A stretch of 64,000 bases of DNA, taken from assembly GCF_006345805.1 (NCBI RefSeq), contig NC_043012.1:40362001-40426000 (forward strand), written 5' to 3'. This document shows, piece after piece, positions 1-13,545 of the stretch (positions are counted from its first letter, which is position 1; the number at the start of each line of letters is the position of its first letter). This DNA is from Octopus sinensis. Its lineage: Eukaryota. The position numbers and the translations under genes are program-made. A model generated the notes under the pieces. That model saw only the letters and a program-made list of their open reading frames with translations. It made no database searches and was not told where the DNA came from.

Positions 1-84
1 AAATACTCTTAACCACTCAGCCACACTCTTTTCATGTTACATAAAATAAGGCCACAATTAAGAAAGAAGAGCCATCAAGCCAAA

Positions 85-366
85 CGAAACTGCAGTCGTG
101 GCAGATACCGGTGTCACGCAAACTGGCACCTGTGCCAGTGGCAGGTAAAGGCGCCCTGGTGTCATGCAAATGGCACCCATGCCAGTGGCACGTAAAAGCA
201 CCCATTACACGCTCGGAGTGGTTGGAGTTAGGAAGGCATCCAGCAGTGGAAAACCATGCCAAATCAGACTGGAGTCTGGTGCAGCCTTCCAGCTTGCCAG
301 CCTTGGTCAAACCGTCCAACCCATGACAGCATGGACAATGGATGTTGAATGATGATGATGATGATG
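85..366 (+). mobile_element. SINE/retroposon family C with (GAT)n tail
   Basis: gttaggaagg(g)catccagc motif and aacccatg(c)cagcatgga...gttaaa(c)gatgatgat end. Other copies at ~8950-9215 (+), 19549-19690 (-), 39700-39830 (-), 44685-44842 (+), 54695-54908 (-) and 57325-57410 (+). Confidence 0.8.
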
Positions 367-965
367 AGCAAAGGTGTCAACTACTTCCCCAAACCTTCAG
401 ACATTTCTGGCCTTGTACCCAATCTAAACACCAATATTACTAGACAAAGAGATCTTGCAAGGGTTCTACAAGATTGTCTTGATGGTATAATATAACTGGT
501 TCTGAGACAGAGAGAGAGAGAGAGATAAAGGAACAGAGGCAGAGAAGAACTTATTCCCCAGTATTTTACTGGTACTGTATTTATCAATCTCACAAGGATG
601 GAAGACTAATTTATGAACAGCTGAAAATCGGCAGCTTCGGCGGAAAATCAGAAGAGCTCTCAGGTATTTTAGCAGGTGACAACCCAGCTCAACCTATACA
701 AGCGAGGTAAGATAGACATAATATGGAGATGGAGGTGATGATGATGATGATGATGATGACAGTGTGGCAGGTGTGAACAACAATAGCAACAGTAAACAGT
801 GGAAAAGTTAGAAAAAAAAATTACAAGTTCATTGAATATAAAAAGACATGAACAAGAAATAGGTGTGTCTGTGTGTGTGTGTGTGTGTGTGTAGTAAGGC
901 ATTTCCTCTCACATTCTATTATTTATGAGTTTATGAGAATGTGTGGGAGTGTTTGTAGGTGTGTA

Positions 966-1000
<35 letters not shown>

Positions 1001-1288
1001 TATATGATGTCTATCCACTTGTGACTGAGGAAGACCATCACTGGCCAATGCACTTGCAAAATGCCACACACACACACACATACACACAAATACAAACATA
1101 CATGTATACATACATTAAACTCTTTGAACTTAATATTTCAGCTAGGAGTTTCCATTTTAGCTAATTCCTAAATAACTCTTCTGAAACAAAATATTTTGAT
1201 TTCTGTAAAATACAGAAAAATATTTCAAAATATTTTTGTGAAATTCCAACATTTAGAACAATATTTGGTTCATAAAACACACACAGAG

Positions 1289-1322
<34 letters not shown>

Positions 1323-2782
1323 AGTAAGCTATTTTCTTCCCATATCTTCCTGAAGATGTAGAGGAAAAGCGTGTTTCAAAAATATCAAAGAAATAAGTGA
1401 AAATATAGTTTATGACGGAATGGATCGTGAATGTTACATGATGATGCCGGTGGTGAAAAAGACAGTGGTATGTGTGTGTGTGTGTATATGTACACACACA
1501 CACACACAAAGATATAATCACATTCTCTTTGGCAATCACACACTTCATGATAAATAGACACACCCACACCCACACCCACACACCCACACCCATAATACAC
1601 TCAAGTCCCAACGTAAGCTATTTTTATGTTTATTCATCCACTTAATGTCATTTTTTTACTTCATTAAATGAGGACAATGTGTTGTGCTGGTGCTCACCTG
1701 CTGCAGGTAGTGTGTGTGTGAGAGAGAGAGAGAGAGTGTGTGTGTGTGTGTAGGTGTACATACAGCATGAAGTAAAAAAAATAAAATTGTACTTCATTCT
1801 CTCTCTCTCTCTCTCTCTCTCAAAGAGAAACAAAATTTATTTCCATTTGATTCACATTATTCTACCAAATTGACTTAAACATAAACCTGACCTTATTTCA
1901 ATTACTCTCTCTCTCTCTTTCCTAAAATATATACACATACTTGTCAGTGAGTGTGTATATATGTAAAGGTATTATTTGGTATTGTCGATCAACTTTTACA
2001 AACAGACAAAACGATTTATTGATGGCCGCACTCTTCTAGACACATTAAGTGGACTAAAATTTATGAATAATGTCTGAATGGGATTCCAATGGCTTGCAAG
2101 CATGGCTGGGTGATAAGAGGCTTGTTTCCCAACCATTTGGTCTTGGCTTTGGTCCCACCATGGGGCATCTTGGGCAAGTGCCTACTCCTATAGCCCCAGA
2201 CCAACCATAGGTTTGTGAGTAGATTTCGTAGATGGAAACTAAAAGAAGCCCATCGTATCTGTCTATGCATGTCTTTGTGCTTGCCTCTGCCCACTGTTTG
2301 ACAACTGGTGTTGGTTTGTTTATGTCCTCGTAACTTAGTAATTCAGCAAAAAGAACTATGTTATGGAGACACATATATATATCGGCATAGGTATGGCTAA
2401 GTACCTTGGGCAAGTTTCTTCTACTATAGCCCTATCATATATATGTGTGTATGTGTATTATATATATATATATATATATATAGATATGTGTGTGAGTGTG
2501 TAAAGGGTAAAGACCCTCTTCAGTTGTGAATGGTCATGGGATTGCACCAAGAAAGTTCCCCTCCAAGGCACAAGTCTGGACAAGGTTGTCTGGGCATAAG
2601 AGACCAGCAGCCACCCATGCATACCAGCCTCTCCTCTCCACGCCACTGATGTTATCCAAGGGAAAGATGATTCTAAGCCCAGTGTTCTAACCACTAAGCC
2701 ATGTGCCTTCACAGTGTGTGTGTGGGTGTATGCAAGATGATGATGATGACAATGATGTTGATGATTAATGTAAGCAACTCAC

Positions 2783-2924
2783 CTCTCCCTCTGAGGATCC
2801 AAAATTAATTTTCAGCAAGCCCATAGCTCGAATGATAGCCATCATGGACTGCATAATGTTGCTGTATACAACTGGTTTGTACTGAAGGCATTCTTCTTGA
2901 GTGTAGCCCTTCTCATGGATAATT
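2783..2924 (-). CDS. GNAI: G-protein alpha subunit (Gi class), internal coding exon equivalent to vertebrate GNAI exon 3
   Basis: Minus strand reads ttttctcattcttttccag|A ATT ATC CAT GAG...GGA GAG|gtgagt, giving (K)[47 protein letters not shown]. 142 nt, phase 2 to phase 0, the same size and phase as GNAI exon 3. GYxxEEC fits Gi rather than Go. Confidence 0.96.
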
Positions 2925-4220
2925 CTGGAAAAGAATGAGAAAAACCGTTTTACAGGAGAAATAAAGACTTAGAATGCAGAAAGAAACCAAGATGAGAGCA
3001 ATGCCATCTCAGTGAAACCAGGCAAAATGTATACCACATTACACACACACACGCATTGTATATGTGTGTATATATCTATATAAAATATAAAATGGGACAA
3101 GAACGCAAAACATCCAAACAGTTAGGTGATACAAAAAAGGGGCAACAAAACACCCAGATGGACGAGACAAAGAAAACAAGGACGGGTCGTTCGGAGTCTT
3201 TAATCCTCAGTCGAGTCCCAGATTATCGAGTATAACCAGCCGAAATTGCAAAGACAGACAGACAGACATACATAAAGGCCTTCCTTGCTCCCAATCAGGG
3301 TGAGAGAAATCTAGTGTACAGATTAAATTAACACTGACGGCCTATGTCGCACATCTGTAGCACACGTCACTGGTATTTAATCCATTCAACTCTGGACGGA
3401 TTAAAGGTAATGCTAGCTCCAATATCATTTCGTCTCAGAACATGAAGGGACATGAAGGGACAGCACTTAACACCGAAGGGATTCTTCCCTCGTGTCAAAT
3501 TCCTCCTCATTTACTGTGAATAATTAATAAGTCTAAATGTCAAAGGGAATAATCAGCGAATAAGGTGGCAAATGTTTTTCATTGATACAGTTAATGGATG
3601 GAGGGGGGAGGGAGGGAGAAGGGAGAGGAAAGAGAAGGGGAGGGAGAGAGAGAGAGAGAATGGAATTTGGTGGATGTAATTTAGATTTACTATCAAAGAC
3701 ATTCCAAATGTGACCATCTCATCATTTTCTTTTCCTAAACAGGGAGGAGAAAACCATGTCCAAGTTATCTGATGTGTCCTTTTCTAAGACAATGCAGAGG
3801 TGGAATTTGATGGAGATTGGGCTGCTATTTCCAGCATGTTGAGAGACCAGGCTGAGGCTCCCTTGCTGGCTGAATGGAATGTGGTGGGGAGGAGAGGAAA
3901 TTCCTGTTCAAAATGTTATTTGTAGAACATTCTTTCATTCGTTTATTAACACCACCACCACCACCACTATACATAAATTTGTACTAATGAAGGAGGCTCT
4001 CAAGGTGTCAGTGTTCAACCAGCTAGAAACAACAGCCAAATCTCCCTCAAATCACATCCCATTGCATTCGTAAATAAATAAGGCAAGGACATATTAGATA
4101 ATGTAATCATAGCTTATCCCTAAAAAGACAAGATGGTCATGGCAGGAATACTTGTGATCATAGGTCTGCTGGATCAGGGTCTGCATGGTGCTGAACCATA
4201 GCAGGCCAGATATTCTATAT

Positions 4221-4549
4221 CAGGAGTTTTCAACCATTTCTTTTATCAACGAACCCCCTTTGATTTCTATTTTATTCAGGTGGACCCCCCATAGCCATTC
4301 GATAATTAAAAACTAGTTTTATAGAAACTTCTTCCAAAATCCCTATTTTTTTGTTTTTCCCACACATTAACTTGTGTAGGTTGAACTCTGTAAAATATTT
4401 GAGAAACAAACCCAACTGTTTCTTCTAATACATACATCTAGAGCAAAATTTTTTTAGGGTCTCTTAAAACACTATTGTGGATCCCCAATTTACTATTTTC
4501 CTGTGTGGACCCTGAAAAATCTTATATGGACCCTGACTGAGAACCACAG
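4221..4549. mobile_element. hAT (Charlie/MER5-like) MITE
   Basis: Ends caggagttttcaacc / gactgagaaccacag resemble CAGTGGTTCTCAACC TIRs. 8-bp TSD ttctatat / ctctatat. Confidence 0.75.
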
Positions 4550-4694
4550 CTCTATATGAAAACAGAAACAGAACTAATTTTAATAATTATATAATTATAG
4601 GAAATATTTTGAAACAACACCAGGATCAGGGACAGTAGAACCATTCAGACCCCAGTAGATGACAGGTACTATGTTTTATCAATACCAGGAGGAT

Positions 4695-5225
4695 TTAACT
4701 CTTTAGCATTTAAGCTGGTCATAGCTGGCTCAAATATTGTATGTTTTTTGTTCAAGGCAGATCCAGCCCCTCACACCTACCCTACAATGTCATTCTAAGG
4801 TAAATAATCACATCACTGAAATCTTGGGGTTACAGATCAATGCATGATTAATTCAAGATAATCTGAATAAATAGGTATTAAATTTGATGAGCAATCCGAG
4901 TGCTGAAGGTTTAAACTGGTCAAAGACAGCCAAAATATTTTACATTTCATTTTCAGACAGCCAGATCTGGCCTCTTATACCTACCCTATAATACCAGTGG
5001 GGGTTTTGTTTCAGCATTTAAATTACCCGAATTTGGCCCAAATATTTTTCCAGTTTTGTGTTCAAACCAGCCAAATCTGGTTTCTCACTCATATCTATCT
5101 TAGAAAGTCAGTTTAAAAATACACAATCAGATCATCAAAATTTCAAAACTAAAAGATAATGCACGATTAATTCAAAACTTTGTGAATAAGCAAGCATGAC
5201 ATTTGACACTAAATGCTAAAGATCA
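4695..5225. mobile_element. Second piggyBac-type MITE family (TTAACCCTTTAGCA ends), 2-3 adjacent copies
   Basis: ttaactctttagca...tgctgaaggtttaa at 4695-4914, internal motif cacacctaccctacaatgtcattctaa. Other copies near 12163-12359, 36215-36700, 47026-47187 and 60105-60225. Confidence 0.7.
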
Positions 5226-5274
5226 TTATATATATATATATATAAGTATATATATATATATATATATATATACA

Positions 5275-5413
5275 GGCACAGGAGTGGCTGTGTGGTAAGT
5301 AGCTTGCTTACCAACTACATGGTTCTGGATTCAGTCCCACTGCGTGGCACCTTGGGCAAGTGTCTTCTACTATAGCCTCAGGCTACCCAAAGCCTTGTGA
5401 GTGGATTTGGTAC

Positions 5414-5454
<41 letters not shown>

Positions 5455-5665
5455 CGTGTGTTTGTGTGTCTGTGTTTGTCCCCCCAACATCACTTGACAA
5501 TTGATGCTGGGGTGTTTACGTCCCCGTTACTTAGCAGTTCAGCAAAACAGACCGATAGAATAAGTACTAGGCTTACAAAGAATGGGGTCGATTTGCTTAA
5601 CTAAAAGCGGTGCTCCAGCATGGCCACAGTCAAATGACTGAAACAAGTAAAAGAGAGTAAAAGAT
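5275..5665 (+). mobile_element. SINE family A (tRNA head, CORE-like ACCTTGGGCAAGTG, internal (TA)n(TG)n), full length
   Basis: A box TGGCTGTGTGG, B box GGATTCAGTCC, internal microsatellite, 3' end gactgaaacaagtaaaagag. Most abundant repeat in the window. Confidence 0.9.
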
Positions 5666-5898
5666 TATATATATATATGAGGAAGTGCTGAAAAGTTCCT
5701 GGCTTTAAGCGTATCGTGATGGGCCTGGCTGGAGGCCCCACCTTCTGAGTTCTTTTACAGGGCTTAGAAGAACTGAAGGACCACTGCAATAAGTGTGTGA
5801 ATCTGAGAATATTGAATAAAAATCATAATTAACTGATCCTCCTGTGTATCTAAATTCAGGAACTTTTCAGTTGCCCTTTGTGTGTGTGTGAGTGTGTA

Positions 5899-6285
5899 TT
5901 CTTTTACTTGTTTCAGTCATTTGACTGTGGCCATGCTAAAGCACCACCTTTAGTTGAGCAAATCGATCCCAGGACTCATTCTTTGTAAGTCTAGTACTTA
6001 TTCTATCAGTCTGTTTTGCCAAACCACTAAGTTACAGGAATGTAAACACACCAACGTCGGTTGTCAAGCAATGGTGGAGGGACAAACACAGACACACAAA
6101 TACATACATACATAAATGCGTATACACAATGGGCTTCTTTCAGTTTCCATCTACCAAAGCCATTCACAAGGCTTTGGTTAGCCCAAAGCTGTAGTAGAAG
6201 ACACTTGCCCAAGGTGCCACACAGTGGGACTGAACCTGGAACCATGTGGTTGGGAAGCAAGCTACTTACCACACAGCCACGCCTG
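5899..6285 (-). mobile_element. SINE family A
   Basis: Reverse complement of the 5275-5665 element; an extra 5' half follows at ~6310-6450. Confidence 0.9.
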
Positions 6286-7515
6286 TATATATATATATAT
6301 AAATACAAAACAGTTTTTCAGACTTTGTCTACTAAATCCATTCACAAGGTTTTGGTTGGTCCCCAGGGCTATAGTAGAAAGTGAAGGTGCCATAAGGTAG
6401 GACTGAACCCGAAACCATGTGGTTGGGAAGCAAGCTTTTTACCACACAGCCATGATGGTAACAAACAGTGACAACAACAACAACAACAGTTTGGATACCG
6501 GTGACGCTACCACAACTGTACTGATGTCATAATGTCAATGCACCATCATACCATCTACCACCATCCAAGTTCGTTAACACCAAACCAACCACCACCACCA
6601 CCACCACTACCACCACCACCACCACCGCCACCACTGCACCAATCCTTCTTATCTTATTCCGTCACCACACCCACCCATACTATTTCTGTTCTTTCCTCCC
6701 CACTTCCTTTCCTTTACTTTCTCCTCTTCCTTCCACTTCCTCTTGACGATGATGATGATGGCAATCATCATCATCATCATAATAACAGCAACAATAATAA
6801 GAACAATATAAATGATTTCTTTTATTTGCCAACAGGGCAAAGGATGAAGTAGGGGGGGGGGCGCAATACAAAGGCAGAGATAAAGTGTGTGTGTGTGTGG
6901 GGGGGGTTACGTGTAATGAAATAAAATCCCTCTTTCACTGTCTGTCTCTCTTCCTCTCTCTCTCTCTCTCTAGAGAGAGAGAGAAGGAAAGTGTATATGG
7001 TATACAATAAAAGAAAGAAGAGAGGCATACATAATATACAACAATAATGACAATAATTAGAATTCCATGCTTGGTTGCAGTCTATTGTCGTTTGAGAGAC
7101 GCTCTTAAAGCAGCGCAGATTGCTGCGAGAAAGTTGGTGCAGTGCTTCTCAGTGCAGTGGTACTTGATGCAGTGTGTATATGTATCGGGGGGGGGGGTAT
7201 AGAGGTTTAATGCAGTGCAGGGGTTTAATGTCACGTGGGTTTTTTTCATTCCCCCTTTTGCTTATGTTTTGTTTTTTTTTTTGAAGACATTAAAAGTGTG
7301 TTTAGAGGAAAAATTTAGTGTCACAGTTTCTCTGTACGAACATTGGATTGATGTTGTTTAAACCCCAAGTCAACTTAATATCCCGACATACCTATGATGA
7401 AAGGCTTTCCATCCAAGTTACAGGAACATAAACACACCAACACAGGTTTTCAAGCAATGGTGGGGGACAATCACAGACACAAAGTCACACAAACACATAC
7501 ACAAATATATATATG

Positions 7516-7572
<57 letters not shown>

Positions 7573-7574
7573 CA

Positions 7575-7963
7575 TTCTTTTATTTGTTTCAGTCATTTGA
7601 CTGTGGCCATGCTGGAGCACTGCCTTTAGTCAAACAAACTGACCCCAAGACTTATTCTTTTTAAGCCCAGTACTTATTCTATTGGTCTCTTTTGGGGACA
7701 TAGACACACCACCATCGGTTGTCAAGCGATGATCAGGGGACAAACACAGACACACAAACACACACACACACACGTACATATGTTTATGTATTTATATATA
7801 TATATACGACGGGCTTCTTTCAGTTTCCAAATCCACTCACAAGGCTTTGGTCGACCTGAGGCTATAGTAGAAGACACTTGCCCAAAGAGTCACGCAGTGG
7901 GACTGAACGCAGAACCATGTGGTTGGGAAGCAAGCTACTTACCACACAGCCACACCTATGCCT
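7575..7963 (-). mobile_element. SINE family A
   Basis: Same conserved halves; partial copies adjacent at ~7400-7500 and ~7970-8110. Confidence 0.85.
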
Positions 7964-9213
7964 ATATACATAGTGGTCTTCTTTCAGTTTTCTGTCTACC
8001 AAATCCACTCAAAAGGCTTTGGTCAGTCCAGGGACACTTGCCCACACACAATGGTCAGCCCAGAACCATGTGGTTGGGAAGCAAACTGCTTACCACAGAG
8101 CTATACCTGCAGCCTGCATTTGTCTTACCAAAACCAATACAATATAATTTGAGGGAGACTTAGCTGCTATTTCTAGTACGCTGACAGAACATAGAGAAGC
8201 TTTTTTTCATTTTCAGTGACACTTCCATTCCATTCCACCATCAACATTAACCAAAATTTTTATTAAACGGAACCACCCAACTAGAACATTCTTCAATGGG
8301 TGGAATAATAAGTCAACCAAAATTTTTTAAATACTAGAGTTTATTATTTTTATTATTATTATCATTATTATGATTGTTGTTTGTTGTTGTTGTTAATTCC
8401 TTATTCTGAGATTCCTGAAATGTTAGCCAAAAAAGGAGTTCCTCACATTTCCTCAGACCAAACACCATCACAAGGAAAAAGGACGGAACTTAATCTTACA
8501 GAAAAGATATCTGATGGAGTTGGTATATTTCCTGATGTATTTTTAAAATTCTTTTACTTGTTTCAACCATCAGACTGTGGCCATGCTGGGGCACAGACTC
8601 AAAGAATTTTAGTTGAATGACTCACCCCCAGCACTGTCTTTTTTTTTGGTACTCACTCTATTGCTCTCCTTTGCCGAACTGCCAAGTTACAAGGACGTAA
8701 ACACACAAACACCGGTTGTCAAATAGTGGCGGGAGGTAAACATAGACACACATACACAGACTAACTGTTCATCATTTGATACTGGATTACCTCCTCTAAT
8801 GGCACCTCTGTTGTGGAAAGACACCTGCTTCTGTCTGTCTGTTTGTCACACTCTAACCTATCATCCTCTGACACAAGTTCCCCCCCCCACCTCAAATGCC
8901 CCTGTCCCTCTCATAATTCCTTGTCTTACGAGTTACTTGGTTACCCTGCCAGCACTGGTGCCATGTTAAAAGCATCCAGTCCACACTGTAATGTGGTTGG
9001 CATCTGGAAGGGCATCCAGCTGTAAAGATTATGCCAAAACTAACCTCACCTGTGCTAGTGTCACGTAAAAAGCATGGAGTCCACTCAGTGTTAGGAAGGG
9101 CATCCAGTCATACCAAACACAGTAGCCTAAGGTAGATTTTCTACCTGGCCAGCTCTTGTCAACCATACTACCCATGCATGCATGGAAGATGGACGTTAAA
9201 CGATGATGATGAT

Positions 9214-9255
<42 letters not shown>

Positions 9256-10130
9256 GTGTGGTGTGTGTATAATATACATATATTATATACAATGGGCTTC
9301 TTTCAGTTTGTCTACCAAATCCACTCACAATGCTCTGGTCAACTCGAGGTTATACTAGTGGTATTGAACCTAGAACTGTGTGGTTGGGAAGCAAACTTCA
9401 TACCACACAGCCACGCCTGTATGTGTATATGCATCTGTGTGTGAGAGAGGGGGGGAGATAAAGGAGAGGAAAAGGAGAGAGAGGGGGGAAGAAGGCAATG
9501 ACCACAAACCCCGACCATTGCTACAATCAGAAGGCAAACACCTTGTTTTGGATCTTGTGATGAGAAAAAGGGTCAATAAAGGGATTGAAATATTTAGGTT
9601 TTAATTGATTCTGTTTTGTGAGAATGGAAAACTGAAGAGACTTGGGAGAGAGAAGGAGAGGATGGAGAAGATCCAAAGAACACAAGACAGAGGAATGGAG
9701 AGAATAGAGATGGAATGATGGAGAGATCTGAGAGAGGTAAAGAGAGGGAGAGAGAGAGATAGATAGAATGTGTGTGTATATATGATAGAGAGAAAGAGTG
9801 TATGTGTATGTGATAGAGAGAGGGGAGAGGATGTGTGGGTGTGGTAGAGAGAAAGAGCATAGCAGAGAGAGAGAGAGAGAGAGAGAGAATTAGGTGGCAG
9901 TAAAGACTTATGGAGGGGAAAAAAAGGAATGTAGGGTGGTGGGGTAGGAGTGTGTGATAGGGTGGGGTGAAAATAGCTGAAGTAATGGTCCATAATCACT
10001 TTTGGGTTGACAGGTTGGCTAATATCTATAGCAACACACACACACACACACTCCCAACTGAACAGACACACACACACACATACATAACTGAACAGACACA
10101 CACGCACACACACCCTCAACTGAACAGACA

Positions 10131-10169
<39 letters not shown>

Positions 10170-11079
10170 CAAAACAGATATGCGCACACACTTCTACACA
10201 AACCAATCTTGATAGAGATACACTGATTGAAGAAAAAAATACACAGCAACCAACCCAAACAGACACACACACACACAGATAACGATCTAAGAAAACAAAC
10301 GCAAACACACACCCAATGAAACATATATACCCCTCGACAAAACACACACACACATACACATACACACACATGATCAAAAAATGCAAAGTAAAATAAGAAA
10401 ACACTGTGCACACCAACTCAATAAACCCCTAATTTACATGCAGAACTATTTTCGACCAACGAATTAGCTAATTAAATTAGGCAACATTAATATTAACAAG
10501 TATGTGTGTGTGCATACTTTTACATATATACATATATACACATTATATATATATATATATATATATACATATATGTACATATGTATGTGTGTGTTTATGT
10601 ATGTATATGTGTGAATGTGTATATATATATATATACACACACACACATATATGTACATATGGATGTGTGTGTGTTTGTTCCAGGCATTAACTGAGAATTT
10701 CAACTTATGTGTCTGTCCGTCCATCTGTTTGTCAGTCTGTCTGTCTGTGTGTCTTTCAGCCTGGTTGTGTTCCCTCTAATCCCCTCCTTAATGTCAAATG
10801 GTAACGGGGGTTTACTAATGGCAAAACTATTAGTGAATTGAATTCTTTGGTTTGACATTTCGAAGGAAGGATAGGCCGAGAGAGAGAGACAAGGGGACGT
10901 GTAGACAGCTGTTGAACGTGCTAGAAATACCAGCTACATGGCCCTCTAGTCACACTCCACTCCTTTCCTTCTATTTCTTGAGCCCTATGACTCATAAGGC
11001 CCAGTGACCTAGTTTTTGTGGTGCATAAGTGACTGACATCGCAACATTTACTCCCTGAAGGGGACACTTGTTTGTTGTG

Positions 11080-11298
11080 GGGTACAAGGCCAGCAATTTT
11101 GATGGGAGGGGACAAGTTGATTAAAGCAACCCCAGTACTTGATTGGCCCTTTATTCTATTGACATCCCCCACTCACCCAAAGGGACAAAAGACAAAGTTG
11201 ATTTTGGCAGGGTTTGAACTCAGAATGTGAGGAAACCAGAAGGCATGCTACCAAGCAGTCTGTCCGACAATGCTAACCATTCCACCAACTTACTGCTT
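11080..11298 (-). mobile_element. SINE family B (diverged)
   Basis: aaagttgattttggcagggtttgaactcagaa motif. Confidence 0.75.
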
Positions 11299-11301
11299 TA
11301 C

Positions 11302-11608
11302 AATCATCATCATCATCATCGTCATTTAACGTCCATTTTCCATGCTGGCATGGGTTGGATGATTTGACTGAGGACTGGTGAACCAGATGGCTGCACCAGG
11401 CCAATCTGATTTGGCAGAGTTTCTACAGCTGGATGCCTTTCCTAATGCCAACCACTCCAAGAGTGTAGTGGGTGTTTTTTTACGTGCCACTGGCACAGGA
11501 GCCAGCTAGGTGGGCCTGGCATCAATCACATTCAGACAGTTCTTTATATGTGCCCCATCGGCACAGGAGCCAGTCAGGGGACACTGGTATCAGCCATGTT
11601 CAGATGGT
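11302..11608 (-). mobile_element. Family C retroposon
   Basis: (CAT)n followed by tttaacgtccattttccatgctggcatgggttgg. Confidence 0.82.
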
Positions 11609-11749
11609 CACTGTCTTAAAGTGAAGAAAACAAAACAAAAAAAAAACACAAACAAAAAACATAAACTAGATGATATAAAGCTTAGATAACCACTAGAAAG
11701 AGAAGGATGGTCAGATTTGGATTGATTTTAATCAGATTTGGTTGGATCA

Positions 11750-11825
11750 AGGATACATCAGATGATGTAGTCCTAGATATACTGTGGCAAGAGGATACAT
11801 CAGATGCTGTAGTCCTAGATACACT
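11750..11825. repeat. 42-bp-period direct repeat
   Basis: aggatacatcagatg(a/c)tgtagtcctagata(t/c)act at 11750 and 11792. Confidence 0.85.
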
Positions 11826-12620
11826 AAGGATGTCTTGTGGTGCCTGTTCTGGCTCCTTGGGTTCTGATGACAATAACAGTGACATCAGACAGGTGCCAAT
11901 CTTGAGTTTTTACCTTTCTTTTCGGCAACAATGGTGGAAAGTGGAAGAGTCTTGCATTGTTTGGGTAACTATCAGCATTCTTGCACATTGGTAAGGAACA
12001 TTCCAAAATAGATCCCGTATCTCACAACAGAGAGTTCAGAATTTCTAGCAGACCAAGTCCCAAAGAATCTCTCTCTCCCACCCCTCCTAATTAGCATAAA
12101 ACATTGGTGATTGGTTGGGCTTTTTTCTCTAACTGACCAATGGAAAAAAGCCAGTCAATTAATTAATCTTTTACCATCCAGATTATTCTGTCAAACATAA
12201 TGCTTATTGTTTTTAATTAATTATGTATTTTCTTGTACTTTCATTATTTTCAACGATGGGATTGTTTATTTTTAGAATGACATTGTAGGGTAGGTGTGAG
12301 AGGCTGGATCTGGTTGATGTGAACATAAAACAGATAGAATTTGGGCTGGATACAATTAATTCAATTGCTGAAAGATTTCATGATATCAAATAGAAAATCT
12401 ATGAGGGTTTCTGGTTGCCAGTAAGTCTGGCTGCAATGAGGGACAAGAGCATTCAGAGAGTGCAAACCTCTGCCAAGGCAACACCAATGTCTGCTCAACG
12501 ATTAGCTGGAGATGATTTTTAAAATGAGAATATCTGAAATAAACTTGACTGCTCTCACAAACGAGAAAACTAAAAGTGAACTTGACTGTTCTCAAAAATT
12601 AAGTAAAAAAAAACGGAAAA

Positions 12621-12815
12621 ATAATCTAGAATCCTTGTCCAGTATTGGATCGATCCCAAAATCTAATCAGTTCATGCCAGTCACAGGGCCAAACATCCCT
12701 GAAAGTTTCGTCTGAATCCATCCAGTGGTTCCTAAGATATCTTGTCCACAGACAAACAAACAAACAAATACAACTGAAAACAATACCTCTGCCTTCACTA
12801 AGGTGGAGGTAACAA
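12621..12815 (+). mobile_element. Helentron/DINE-1-like non-autonomous element (3' part)
   Basis: (ACAA)n tract followed by the terminal GC-rich hairpin acctctgcc-ttcactaa-ggtggaggt (12785-12810). Confidence 0.45.
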
Positions 12816-13000
12816 AAGAATTTGATATTTTGGACAAAGGTACTTCTACAGAATAGTGACCTATAACGACTTGCTGCAACACACCTTTACCAGTTCTTAA
12901 GATTCTGGGTTTTAGTTTTATCATAAATAAATATTGGTGCATGGCTTCCAATTTCATTGTTTCATTTTCTATAACTGTCCAACACATATAACAGGTCATT

Positions 13001-13235
13001 CTAACTGACCAACAGAAATGGCAGGGCATTTATAATTAAATTAGCTATTTTTTATTAATTAATGTCATCTGCTCCTCCGTCTCTTTCTCTGCACTTAGTA
13101 CTATTTATAACTGACCAACAGAAATCGCTGATCATTTATAATCAATTTAAGTATATTTATTAATTAATACCATCTGACCACCCTCTATTTTTCTGCAATT
13201 TGTTCTATTATTAACTGACCGACAGAAATACTGGT
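13001..13235. repeat. ~105-bp tandem repeat, ~2.3 copies
   Basis: taactgacc(a/g)acagaaat at 13002, 13108 and 13212. Confidence 0.85.
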
Positions 13236-13545
13236 CATGTGATATTAATGATTCGATATAGCCACTGGTCTTTTTCTGTCTCTTTCTGGCTTGGAATCTA
13301 TAATCATCTGATTAGGTCAGCTGACCTCACTTCCAGAAATAGCCAGATGACTCTGAGGATTAGAAGGGGAAAGAGTACAAACATTTTTAAAGAAGTACAA
13401 ATATTTAAAAAAAGAGTACAAAATCCAGGTCCAAGACTCATACAATCAATCTATGAGTAAAAGCAATCTAACCATGACCATCTCTCCTATTTTTTCCAGT
13501 ATATCTAAGACTACATTATTTAATGTGTCCATCACATTGGCTCAT

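Noticed and set aside
3096-3260. CpG-rich segment (also AT-rich block 23610-23740) resembling fragments of other dispersed repeats
   Set aside because: Single copies in this window; cannot be classified without a repeat library search.
12095-12155. CCAAT-box cluster and 10-bp inverted repeat as a promoter/terminator
   Set aside because: Short motifs are expected by chance; deep in intron 2 with no supporting start site.
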